Assembly (NCBI GenBank): GCA_000934665.2
Contig: JYFJ02002709.1
Location: 1 to 52,276 of the forward strand
Direction of reading: 5' to 3'
Length of the DNA: 52,276 bases
DNA from: Catajapyx aquilonaris
Lineage: Eukaryota
The notes under the pieces are model-generated. The model did no database searches, had not been told where the DNA came from, and saw only the letters and a list, made by a program, of their open reading frames with translations. The translations under genes were made by a program, and so were the position numbers. Shown here one piece after another: positions 1 through 11,389 of the stretch (positions within the stretch are counted from its first letter, which is position 1; every line of letters begins with the position of its first letter).

Positions 1-422
1 GTGGTCAGGAGCATGGTAATAAGAGGGATATTGTGTTGAAGCTTCGAGACAACACGCTTCATCTATGCAATTATGAACGTAATTGGCCATACCAAATATT
101 GCATGTGCATCCAGTCCAAAAAAAAACACAATGGATGTCAGATTGTAAGCTCTGCCATGCTGGAGCTTCTACATTCTACATTAACTTCTACATTTACTGC
201 ACAACCTTCAATTTTTCATGACATACTTTTGCTGGATTTTGGAGGTGTATCGTGTATTTTCTTACAATCCGACATCCGCAGTGTGTTGTTTGGACTTCAT
301 GCACATGCAATATGCTCCATGTCATGGTATGCCAACATTGTATAGCCATAATTATTGCAAATCAATGAGTCACTCCTATGGAAAAGTATTTCATAACCCG
401 AGCAACGCCGGGTATCTTGCTA

Positions 423-423
<1 letters not shown>
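1..423 (+). mobile_element. Helitron 3' terminus (left boundary outside window or unresolved)
   Basis: GC-rich hairpin ACCCG-agcaacgc-CGGGT (396-413), then CTAG (420-423) and T: the canonical Helitron 3' end. It abuts a (TA)n tract. Confidence 0.65.

Positions 424-425
<2 letters not shown>

Positions 426-500
<75 letters not shown>
426..500. repeat. (TA)n microsatellite
   Basis: About 37 perfect TA units. Confidence 0.98.
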
Positions 501-502
<2 letters not shown>

Positions 503-1951
503 TTATATACCAGTCCTTCCTCAGTAGCAATCTCTCTCAAGCGGCGGCCGTGTCCTTCCTCAACACCAACCTTCCCCCTCCTGCTAATTAGTCCCTTCCT
601 GTCCAGCTCACCCTCTCCTCTCCTCCATGTAGACTTATCGGGTCATGACCCCGCGTCCTTCTTGCAACCCTTTTCCAATCCTCCCCCAAGCCACCTAGCC
701 TACCCTTGACCCCCAGAGTGAGGGACTCCATAAATAGGAGTTGGACTGGTGGGCTCTGCCCTCCCCTCTTTCACCCTATCCTTTGCCTGATCAGGTCCTT
801 CCTTCCTTCCTATTCCTTCTCACTGTATTTATGTATCATATTGTAATATACTAGTTATTAGCCCACCCTTGTATGTTATTCGCACATATCCCCGACGTAC
901 CGTTACAATACTCCCCCGGGTGGATTAGTCTAAGGAAATTCCACCCAAGACGAAGCCAGAGATGGCCCAACTCTGCACGAGATGAAGGGCTGGGATCACA
1001 CCCGGGCGCATAAGTTACCTCAGCGACACTCCGTCTCCTCCGCTGCAGCCGCTATATACTTACCATCTCATTGCGTGCCTTTTGTCAGGACCCTTCCGGA
1101 TTATCTGGGAAGACCTCTGTAAGTTGTTGAGGAACGCAGGTTTTTGATTCTGAAGCAACCAAGTGTGAATGTGATAAACCAACTCATTATTGGGTTTAAT
1201 TATACATAATATAGGGAGTAACCCCTTACACCAGAACAATGTCGGCCAAAATCTGAAAGACTTGGTTACAATCAGTAAGATAGTGGCATAATCATCAGGG
1301 CGGATCTTCTTGGGACACACGCATGCTTGGCTATGATGGCAAGTTGTCCATCCTTGTGCTTCGGCAGCCAGTGCAGATCATCCGGACACAAGTACTGGAC
1401 ATCACTGTCATCAAACATGACAAAATTAATGTCTGAATATTTTAGAAAATGGGGGGGTTGGGGGGTAATTGTTGGTTTGGTTGTTGGCATTGTTGAAGGC
1501 ATTGTGACGCTACTGACTTTACGTGGTTGCAACAGCTGTGATTGGCGCATTATTAAAGTGCACTTCTAATATACAGTCCATATCAAAATTGCATACACAC
1601 CATTGTTAAACTTTAATACGCTACTTTTATATCTTTTTAAAATCATACGCAAATTATGCTCATAAAATGAAATAGTTAATATGCCATGATTAATTGATTA
1701 CCTTATCTACGATGCCACTCAACGGTCTTCATCGCCAGAATCACACGTGCACTGTGCGATTGAGCTGAGTTTATCCTGGAAGTCATCTGTCCGTGAGAGC
1801 AAGAGAGATTGAAAGGTAGCCATCCAGTGTCAGGATAACCTGCACCTTGGTAGGACGGCCGCTACTCCCCCAGGAGACAGGCATCCCCCCAGTTTTTCGG
1901 CCCCGGTTCGCCCTCCGTGGTATTCCCNCCCCCCCCCCCCCCCCCTGTTTT

Positions 1952-2142
1952 GATCGAGCTCTTAGTCACCCTCGACCAGAGAGAGAAGGACCCGAAGGTA
2001 CATCTCGTCCCCAGTCAGGGGCGTCCAGCGGTCGCCACGAGGAGGCGTCTCGACCTGTAACTTAGACCTGACCAACTGGGGCAGCCCCCAGCAGTCTACT
2101 CCCACAGCACATGAGAGTCATTCAGTCATAGTTACTCCCGCC
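1952..2142 (-). ncRNA. HDV-like self-cleaving ribozyme, R2-retrotransposon type, with 28S rRNA-derived 5' segment
   Basis: Minus-strand fold: P1 GGCGGGA(2142-2136)/GACCGCU(2033-2027) with G.U at +1; P2 GGUCGAG(2055-2049)/CUCGAUC(1958-1952); P3 GCC(2046-2044)/GGC(2036-2034); L3 UCCUCGU; P1.1 GG(2026-2025); long P4 capped by cUUCGg; J4/2 ACUAA with candidate catalytic C at 1965. The 5' segment GGCGGGAGTAACTATGACT..CTC matches 28S rRNA just upstream of the R2 target site. Confidence 0.8.
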
Positions 2143-2143
2143 G

Positions 2144-2170
2144 GGAAGGAAGGAAGGAAGGAAGGAAGGA
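2144..2170. repeat. (GGAA)n microsatellite flanking the ribozyme 5' end
   Basis: About 6-7 GGAA units. Confidence 0.9.
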
Positions 2171-4252
2171 CCGGGACTAGGTGAGCTTTGGAAAGAATGG
2201 TGAACTGCGCTGCAAAGTGACAGATCGACCGACAGAGCTCCTGGTGATGAAAGCCCAACGGATCCTGGTGGAAGAATCTCTCTGCTGGGAGAAGGCCTTG
2301 TATGTTAGCCTAAATAGCGGGAACTTGGGCTGCAGGACCTATTGGGTCGATCCTTATCCTCTTTGAAGTACAGGTGTGCTGGTCTTCTGCCCGAGTGACT
2401 CTATAAGGCATCGGCCCAGCACGCCCAAACCGAAATGGGCGTCCGACTCGACGAGGCCAATAATATGCAGCCCAGTCCCCAAAATTATAATTGGGACAAT
2501 GTAACAAAAAGCGTCACAGATCATTCAGCTCATCACCATTCTTCATATTGTGGTAATAAAGCTGATATGAAAAAGCGATATACGCATCAGCCCAACCACT
2601 CGCCCTATTCTGACCTGTCCTATCTTTAGCCAAGTTTTTTTTTAATTAACATATTTTATAATATGCAATGACTGTTGTTATGAACCATGGTCTAATGTTA
2701 CGCCGTGCTAGTTGCTGTTTCAACATGTGGGTGTTTCAGTTTACCAGATACTGTGTAAGCCTGGAAAAAATAGGTTCGAGCCAAGGATTCGTGCAGGTTA
2801 CCAATAGCCAGACACCGGATGTTTCCAAGAAGCATTGTGGATAACTTAATGCATGATTTTCAGTTTCACCATTCGAGATAAGTTATGTAGTAGACCTTAT
2901 ACGTAGGATATATGTTAAGGGAACGATACCATGTTTGACCTTTTTGCAGGTTAAGACTGTGGAAGGTAGTTGCAGAAGACGGCGATAAAACCAATACCAT
3001 ATCAGGCAAAATGGCTTTGCCTGTCACAAGCATTCATCGTAAATATATTCACACCTTCAAGATAAATCAACGACAGCAGATGGTTACATTATCCGCTAAG
3101 TATGACACTCAGCTTTGACCTGTTCGTAAGCAACCTGTGCCATAAGCGGTTAACCATGGTTTTAAATACCATTTCACTCATCAGGACGTGGCCTTATTAC
3201 AACCAAAAATGTCACCCTCACGCCAAAGAAACCGTGCCTAAGAGGCAGTTACTCTGAGAGAATAAAATGAACATGAATATTGAGAATAAGACAGTCATTG
3301 CATTTACCACACCAGTGTACGTGAATTGCATAGTAACATTAACTTGGCTTCCTAACTATAACACAACCTGTTCACGGGATTATTTAACGATGGAGTGTAT
3401 GCAGAGTTAAATGTATAGCACATTTCTGTTTCAATATGACTGAATAGGAATCATTCAAAAATATTTGGCCCAATCGGAAATTATTATTACGGGAGCAAAA
3501 GTGTTTCAAATTAATAATTAAGATTCCTCATTCAATGTTAACAGTTTATTGGTGCAAAAATGTATCTTTGAGCCAATTGAATTGCAAATTGTAAAATATC
3601 TTGTAAAATATTCAAAACATAAAGAGTTATGCCTAAAGGGCATTAATAAAAATTCTAAGCAGCATTACCACTCTCTTTGATAGAATGTTGCCAAATAATA
3701 ATAAAAATCCACAACTCACCAATCCTCTTGAGCACTGAAAGCCTTAAAAAAGTCTAGATATATTCAACTAATCTGGAGTCTAGCTGCGATTGTGGCCTGC
3801 CAATAAAAATAAACTGATTTATATGGTGCGGTGATGAGCTGAGTCTGTTCTTCGTGTGTCAAGTTGACTGATGTACAGCATGCGACATGCTCGCAGGACC
3901 TGTGCGTATGACCTTAGCTGTGTATGACCTTTGCTGCGTATGACTAAAAATACCCAACGGCCTACACATGACCTACACACAGTACGGCCCAGGAGATACG
4001 CGCATTGCTGTCATCCGTCAACTTATGTTCATTTTAAAAAAGACACTGAAGGCGACCCTGATGAGATCATGACGCCGCAGGATGACACTCCATTAAGGGA
4101 AGTGGCATCTACTTGTTGCGGTGATTCCTTCCTCCACCAGGCGGCATGGCAGGATAATCACAGACGCACATCCCAAACGGTTTGAAGGTCAGGGCCACAT
4201 CTGATCCAGAGGAATGAGGGGGAAAAGGGGGAAAGGGGGAATGGAGCAAATT

Positions 4253-5940
4253 ATACTTGTTCATGGGATCATGAACATCATTGGACTTTTTTACTTGTTC
4301 ATGTGATCATGAACAGTCAGCTTAACTATTATTTGTGATCATGGAAATCAGCCAACTTATAATTACTCGTTCATGTGATCATGAAGATCATTGGACTTTT
4401 TTACTTGTTCATGTGATCATGAACAGTCAGCTTAATTATTATTTGTGATCATGGAAATCAGCCAACTTATAATTACTCGTTCATGTGATCATGAAGATCA
4501 TTGGACTTTTTTACTTGTTCATGTGATCATGAACAGTCAGCTTAATTATTATTTGTGATCATGAACAGTCAGCTTAATTATTATTTGTGATCATGGAAAT
4601 CAGCCAACTTATAATTACTCGTTCATGTGATCATGAAGATCATTGGACTTTTTTACTGTTCATGTGATCATGAACAGTCAGCTTAAATATTATTTGTGAT
4701 CATGAAAATCAGCCAACTTATAATTACTCGTTCATATGGGATCATGAAGATCATTGGACTTTTTTTACTTGTTCATGTGATCATGAACAGTAAACTTAAA
4801 TATTATTTGTGATCACGAAAATCAGCCAACTTATAATTACTCGTTCATGTGATCTTGAAGATCATTGGACTTTTTTACTTGTTCATGTGATCATGAACAG
4901 TCAGCTTAATTATTATTTGTGATCATGGAAATCAGCCAACTTATAATTACTCGTTCATGTGATCATGAAGATCATTGGACTTTTTTACTTGTCCATGTGA
5001 TCATGAACAGTCAACTTAAATATTATTTGTGATCATGAAATTCAGCCAACTTATAATTAATGTTCGTATGGGATCATGAAGATCCTTGGACTTTTTTTAC
5101 TTGTTCATGTGATCATGAACAGTCAGCTTAAATATTATTATTTGTGATCACGAAAATCAGCCAACTTATAATTACTTGTTCATATGGGATCATGAAGATC
5201 ATTGGACTTTTTTACTTGTTCATGTGATCATGAACGGTCAGCTTATATATTATTATTTGTGATCATGGAAATCAGCCAACTTATAATTAATGTTCATATG
5301 GGATCATGAAGATCATTGGACTTTTTTTACTTGTTCATGTGATCATGAACAGTAAACTTAAATATTATTTGTGATCATGAAAATCAGCCAATTTATAATT
5401 ACTCGTTCATGTGATCATGAAGATCATTGGACTTCTTTACTTGTCCATGTGATCATGAACAGTCAACTTAAATATTATTTGTGATTATGAAATTCAGCCA
5501 ACTTATAATTAATGTTCGTATGGGATCATGAAGATCCTTGGACTTTTTTTTACTTGTTCGTGTGATCATGAACAGTAAACTTAAATATTATTTGTGATCA
5601 CGAAAATCAGCCAACTTATAATTACTCGTTCATGTGATCATGAAGATCATTGGACTTTTTACTTGTTCATGTGATCATGGTCAGCTTAAATATTATTATT
5701 TGTGATCACGAAAATCAGCCAACTTATAATTACTTGTTCATATGGGATCATGAAGATCATTGGACTTTTTTACTTGTTCATGTGATCATGAACAGTCAGC
5801 CAACTTACAATTACTTGTTCAATATGGGATCATGAAGGTTATTTGACTTTTTTACTTGTTCATGTGATCATGAAGATCATTCAACTTAAATATTATTTGT
5901 TCGTGTGATCATGAATATATCAGCCAACCGAAATATTATT
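4253..5940. repeat. Tandem satellite, ~110-bp monomer (~15 copies) built from three related subunits of roughly 30-40 bp
   Basis: ATGAAGATCA recurs at 4381 and 4491 (period 110). Each subunit carries TGATCATG. The monomer contains the hairpin TGTTCATG-tgat-CATGAACA. Confidence 0.95.
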
Positions 5941-5989
5941 ATTTTCGATTCTTTTACTGGTTCAGGTCATAGGACCATAAAGGTCCTAA

Positions 5990-6550
5990 ATGGCCCGTCA
6001 TTACAAGTATACCCAATCAAGGCATACGTTGAAATAAAGCTCTGAAACTTAAACAACATGTATTCATCTGATATTGACCATAAAAATCAGTCACAATCTG
6101 AATTAGGGGGCACGGCAGTGCCCCCGCCAAGTTCTCGCCGCACTGCCGGACCACCTTTACCCGACACAACTCACGTCATTTTGACCCCCTCGAATCTTCG
6201 AACTGGTGAACAGACGTGGCTTCAAAATTTTTATTTGGGTAGATAAAAATCGATTAAAAATAATACCCCCTTACTTCCATGTTCATATCTCTTTTCATTT
6301 CCGACTTACAAAATCCTAAAAACTCCCAAAACGGCCAAAATATGACACTCACTCACTGACTCACTGACTCACTGATCATCAAAATTATACGGCACTTCCA
6401 GTGGTCCTAGGATGCTGAAATTTGGTATGCTGGTAGAGCTTGTCAAACAAACACCAGAATAAATCTGAAAACGGAACTTTTTTGAGTCCAAATGCTTTAA
6501 AAAAATTATTTTCACCAAGTCTGCTGCTGCTGACCAGATGCGGCATTTTT
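5990..6550 (+). mobile_element. Non-autonomous Helentron/HINE (DINE-like) segment
   Basis: Perfect hairpin GGGGGCAC-ggca-GTGCCCCC (6106-6125), (CTCA/CTGA)n microsatellite at ~6346-6375 followed by a GCTGAAATTTGG block, and a terminal stem-loop followed by a T-run (~6525-6550). This architecture is typical of insect Helitron/Helentron non-autonomous elements. Family assignment is from recall. Confidence 0.5.
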
Positions 6551-6669
6551 AACACGGATTACTTTTTACTTTGAATTTCCAGTTATGCTGGTGCTCCTCC
6601 TGCCTTCCCCACGTTCTCGTCATCTCCTCACCCCCTCCCTTCCCCCTCCCCCTCCTGCATACCTCTAGC

Positions 6670-6886
6670 CAACGACGTAGCCAGCCCCCCCCCCCCCCCC
6701 CCCCCCCCCCNGGAAATTACTAATTCATGATTTGGGTGGGGGGGGGGGGAAGTGCTACCAATTTCATCTAATACACACCCATTCAAATCTCCCATATTCA
6801 CCTAAGCTCGTGTGACCTTGAACCCGAAAAATTTCGCCTGAGGCGGACCTCCCCGCTCCCGAACTGGATTCCTGGCTACGTCACTG
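6670..6886. mobile_element. hAT-like MITE
   Basis: TIRs CAACGACGTAGCCAG / CTGGCTACGTCACTG. Near-perfect 8-bp TSD CCTCTAGC (6662-6669) / CCGCTAGC (6887-6894). About 130 bp of core is shared, inverted, with 14080-14210. Confidence 0.7.
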
Positions 6887-6988
6887 CCGCTAGCTATCTG
6901 ACTGAAGCTGCGATTGCATTTCATACAAATACAACTACAAATACCTAAATACCTAAACACCTAAAATACAAAATAATATACAAATACA

Positions 6989-7430
6989 AAATTTGAGGTC
7001 ATCAACAGCCTATGTGTACAGGGAACAATTCCCAATTTGTGTGGCGTATGCCATTACCATACGGAGGACAGAGCCAAGGCCTGAGTCTCACTAATGCACT
7101 CATCGATATGGGTTACTCTGTCTTCTCGTGCGGTCAAGCCTACGTGGCTCTTTCCAGAGTTAAAAGTATATCAATGGAGTGCATCTCATCAATGCCTCCT
7201 TTACTAACATCAAGAGCAGTTATTAGCTCTTGCTAACATCAAGGCTCAAGAGTCAGCTATTCTGGAGTACGATAGATTGAGATCTGTTTACCGACCAGAC
7301 TTATCCATACTCAAAAGGGCTAATAAGGCATCGACAGAAGTGGTTAAGGATCGCGAATGGGCTATGCGATCAGGTGTAGCAGATGTCCAATTCGCACAAC
7401 CAGAACAGAAAAAAGGAAGCGTAATATGAG
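6989..7430 (+). pseudogene. Degenerate Helentron/Helitron PIF1-family helicase fragment
   Basis: Frameshifted translation KFEVIN..AYVYREQFPICVAYAITI..QGLSLTNALIDMGYSVFSCGQAYVALSRVKS (PIF1 C-terminal motifs), then EYDRLRSVYRPDL...DREWA. Confidence 0.8.
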
Positions 7431-7635
7431 AAAGCAGAAGAAAATCATACCTACTCAGAGGAAAAGATAGAGTTTTACATACTTTCGTATATAACCTACA
7501 CATTTTGCTCTAAGTTATTCATTACCTTATTTGGAATATTTAACGGATCATTGCTCCCACGCCCAACCGTAGGGGGCTCCCCGAGCTTTCTTATAATTAT
7601 CCTACACTCGTCCTGCTTACAAAAAGAGGTGAGAT

Positions 7636-8126
7636 CCCACCAAAAACCTTTCAGTAAAAAAAGGCCAAGTTCTCCTGACTGCCTGGCCGTCAAAAGTGGT
7701 GAGATCTGAAATACGGCCAAGTTCAACGTCGTTGTCAATTACTGGCATTCTCAACTTCTTCAACCTAAACCACTAACTTTGTTTTTCCAGGTCGACCTTA
7801 AGTTTAATCATCGAAAGATTTTAATGGAATTTCTCTTGCTGTAACTTGGCCATTGCTCATGTCCGAGGTATTGTTGAATTCTACAACTGTTTCAATGTTT
7901 TAAGAGCAATGGTCAAGTTACAGCAAGAGAAATTCCATTAAAATATTTCGATGATTAAACTTATGGTCGCCCTGGAAAAACAAAGTTAGTGGTTTAGGTT
8001 GAAGAAGTTGAGAATGCCAGTAATTGACAACGACGTTGAACTTGGCCGTATTTCAGATCTCACCACTTTTGACGGCCAGGCAGTCAGGAGAACTTGGCCT
8101 TTTTTTACTGAAAGGTTTTTGGTGGG
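7636..8126. mobile_element. Palindromic (fold-back) MITE, CMC/EnSpm-like termini
   Basis: Near-perfect inverted arms of ~225 bp (CCCACCAAAAACC...GGTTTTTGGTGGG) around a ~45-bp spacer. Flanked by AT on both sides (possible 2-bp TSD). Superfamily is inferred. Confidence 0.8.
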
Positions 8127-11100
8127 ATAACACGTTTACTTCATGTTATTTGACCATGAGTGTCATACCGTAATTACCGTGTAGTTCATCTTAATTAGGA
8201 TCCAATCAAGGGATGCAACCGAAATGAAATTAAACTTAATATTTAATTTGTACAACTGTGACCGTCGACGTCAACATTAGTTAATCCGATCACGGGATCC
8301 ATCCTGATAGCACAGTCACTTAAATCAAGTTTCCTTGCTCCTGCGAGTGAGACAATCAAGGTCACGAAAGTAGCCTCTTTGTCCCCAGCCCTTCCGACGC
8401 CCCCGTACGGGCATATGCTGTGATTTTTAGCAAACCAAGTTTATACTAAAGCAAACAAGAGTTTAGATACAACAATATCAGGTTGCATGGAATGCCGCAA
8501 TTACAGGTCAGGGGTGGTGATATGTGGGAATAACATGGAAATAATTATGTGGTTATGGTTAATCGCGCAGGATTAATTAGCCTGGGCCCTAGCGGAAAAA
8601 ATGAAATACACAATCTGCATTACACAACGTTTCTCAACTTAAATAACATTAATATATATAACACCCCTCTAACCTCCCATCTAACACCTCAAAGAATGGC
8701 CAGCTGATAGCAGAAAAATCTATGATCAAAATGCGTTAATTTCAGCGGAATGCACCGCGTAATGGAAACCTACTGCTAACTATGCAAATTTGCGATTCGA
8801 CTACCAACAAGTATCATTGCATTTGTCAGGAAACTGAAGTTAAGCACATAGGGGCACATTACTTCGGTGACGCCAGCAGACATTCGACATTATCGAAAGT
8901 CAGCGTTACCATTTTTAATTCAGTCCTCATTTTATTCCACAATGATTGCATGCGATGCCAAAATGACATATGTTAAATGCAGCAATAACTGGTTTTGTTT
9001 GAAAAGGGCATTATCGTACACTGAAGGCCACAGTGATTTTTTAAAAAGTGGACGCAGAAAATTCATAATTCAACATGGGAGGCAACATAATATTCGCACA
9101 ACATGAACTCGTATCTTAACAGCACTTGATTGCCAGTGGAAAAGCGGCAGATCATTCTCATAAAATAATAAACAACGAGAATATGAAAATAGTTACAAAA
9201 TTTCATTTTCAAATGAGCCTGTCGTATGCCCCATAAATACAGCCTCTTCAGTGTTACTGCAAATAATTCCAAACTATTTTCCTTTTAAGAGTAATCTCAG
9301 ACTTTAATTACGTGAAACAGTTTGCACGCTTGCACAAAATTATAAAGCCGCAAAATTTGAAGTTGCCCCATCCCTCTCCACATTGCCTGCAACAAATTTT
9401 TTTTGACGCTCAGGAATTCTTCACTTAAAATCACAGCTCGTCAAATCACATTTTAGTAAATAAAAATCAGCTGTGCAAATATTCCCATGGAATGATTCTC
9501 AAATTATTGCGCTGTGTACAGAACCGCAAGGGTCAAATGGGACAACTATATATACGCCGACTGATACATGCCTATAGCCTACTGACTGTCGTGTGGACAC
9601 CATTTGACTTCCATCTAAACCGCTGTAATTATGCTTCTAATTATTGTAATTGTAACTCTTCCATAATTTTAAAATTTTGGACTACGAGTAGCCTACAGTA
9701 TAAAAAATTGTCATTAAAACTCGCTGCAGATGAAAATGGTCAAACAATGTTTTGCCATAAGGCCTCAGCCTCCACCGTTGTCTCGAGATCATTAATCGTC
9801 GCACTTAAGTCGCTCAGATAGCTGTCTTTTAATTACCGTACCTTATTGCGATGAGGTGTGCCGCACTTGACGCCGATGCGATGGAGGCCCCTCGCACACG
9901 AAGTTCACTCAGCTACTCGGCACGATAATCTGAGACGTAGCCTACTAGACAGGTCCAAAAAATATTCTTTGTGCAGGTCGAGTAAGGGAAAAAAAGATAA
10001 GGTGCGGACGTTGTCAAGTTTATTCAAGGCTCAGTATTTGGCTACCTAATGTCTTCAAATTAGTTACAGATAACAGATCTCTCGATATCTTTCTTTACAA
10101 AGTGGCTAAAGGTTCAGCTGCATGAAAGACACGTACTGTATAGAGTCGTTCAGTTTCATGACCATAACACTACAAAGTGATTGCAATGTGTTCCGATTAA
10201 ATAATTAAATACGTTTATTTTATTTTTATTATATATGTCTAATGAGTCCTCATTACCCACTTGGAGTCATTTACCTGGATCGGTTCGCCGACCCCTCTCA
10301 CACACATCTGGATTTTCCAATAAAAATCATGAATAATTAGTAATAATTTCTAATGCCATTTCCAACATTTCGGGGGGCTGCCCCCCCCCCCCCCCCCNGG
10401 CCGGGTCTTTTTCCGCTTTTCACCCGACATGCCGGAGCAGAATTGCACTCCCTTCTCTGCTCGGGGCCAGGAGAAAAGGCCTGGTGTTAAAGAATGTCAG
10501 AAATGGCTATCGCACGGCGCCCTCCCTTGGGAACTTCCCCTTCCCCCCTAAGAGGGCCACGAGCTCTATCACGGGGTAACAAAAAAAAAAACAAAAAAAA
10601 AGAATAATAAGGAGGCATCAAACTGGCACATTTCATTTCAAAATATTTGATAGTTTAACTCTTTTTTTAAACCTTTCCTTCCATTAAATGTTTAAAATTA
10701 TTTGAAGAAACAAAGCCAACTACTCTGATGAGGCTTAATAGCAATCATAATCCTCTCTTCCAGGTATAGGAAGAACTACTCTTGACTCTTGAGTTAATAC
10801 CATGGTGTTATGATTATGACGTGTCAATTTGCGCGCCAAACGAGAACAACCATCTGAATAATAATTCTCCAGAGCATCGATTGAGGACAAATCAATGCAT
10901 ATACAGATACTGTATTCACCTGATGTCTCATTCATTTATGGAGTGCAGTAGCCTACCTTCAGCAAATAATAATAGACATGAGGTCATGAGTTGTCGCATG
11001 TATACGGATGCACATGAAAATTAATATTTTAGCACACACAGTGGGCTCTAATTGGTTGACAATATAGAGAGAGTTTGCCAAGCAGTTAGCTAGTGTGGAT

Positions 11101-11389
11101 TCTCTGAAGCATCTGAAATGCCACTGGAACAATTCCATTGGGTCGAGCTGTTACCAAATGGAAGAAAGTTTGACTGACTTGAGGCGCCCCAATAAGTCTC
11201 TCTTGGGCGTGAACAGCACACAAAGAAATCACGCCAACCACATCGAACAGCCCAGTCTGTACGAAAGACTCAGCGGATTCAATGCAGAACAAACAGCAAT
11301 GCTGCAACTGAGGAGAACATAAGTGACCAGGTTCCTCTCAACAGCTATCCCTGCTGCGTCCAAGGAAGTTCAAGAGGTCTCATCAGAGA

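Noticed and set aside
218..709. 163-aa ORF
   Set aside because: The open frame comes from the (TA)n tract and low-complexity pyrimidine-rich sequence.
1060..1569. ORFs as remnants of an R2 protein
   Set aside because: No zinc-finger, Myb, RT or endonuclease motif was recognisable.
1813..1822. AAGGTAGCCA as the downstream half of the R2 target site
   Set aside because: A 10-nt match in the opposite orientation to the 28S segment at 2113-2143, compatible with chance.
2113..2143. 28S rRNA gene
   Set aside because: Only ~23 nt of 28S identity, with no flanking rDNA. It is better explained as the 5' end of an R2-type ribozyme.
4253..5940. CRISPR-like array (regularly spaced palindromic units)
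   Set aside because: The intervening sequences are themselves repeated, so there are no unique spacers. No cas genes are present and the context is eukaryotic. It is a satellite.
8700..9480. Possible old inverted-repeat element
   Set aside because: Only short scattered complementary matches; termini could not be defined.
10726..10750. Hammerhead ribozyme (CTGATGAGGCTTAATAGC)
   Set aside because: No GAAA core follows stem II. The CTGATGA hits at ~3178, ~4059 and ~38345 also lack a complete core or stem II.
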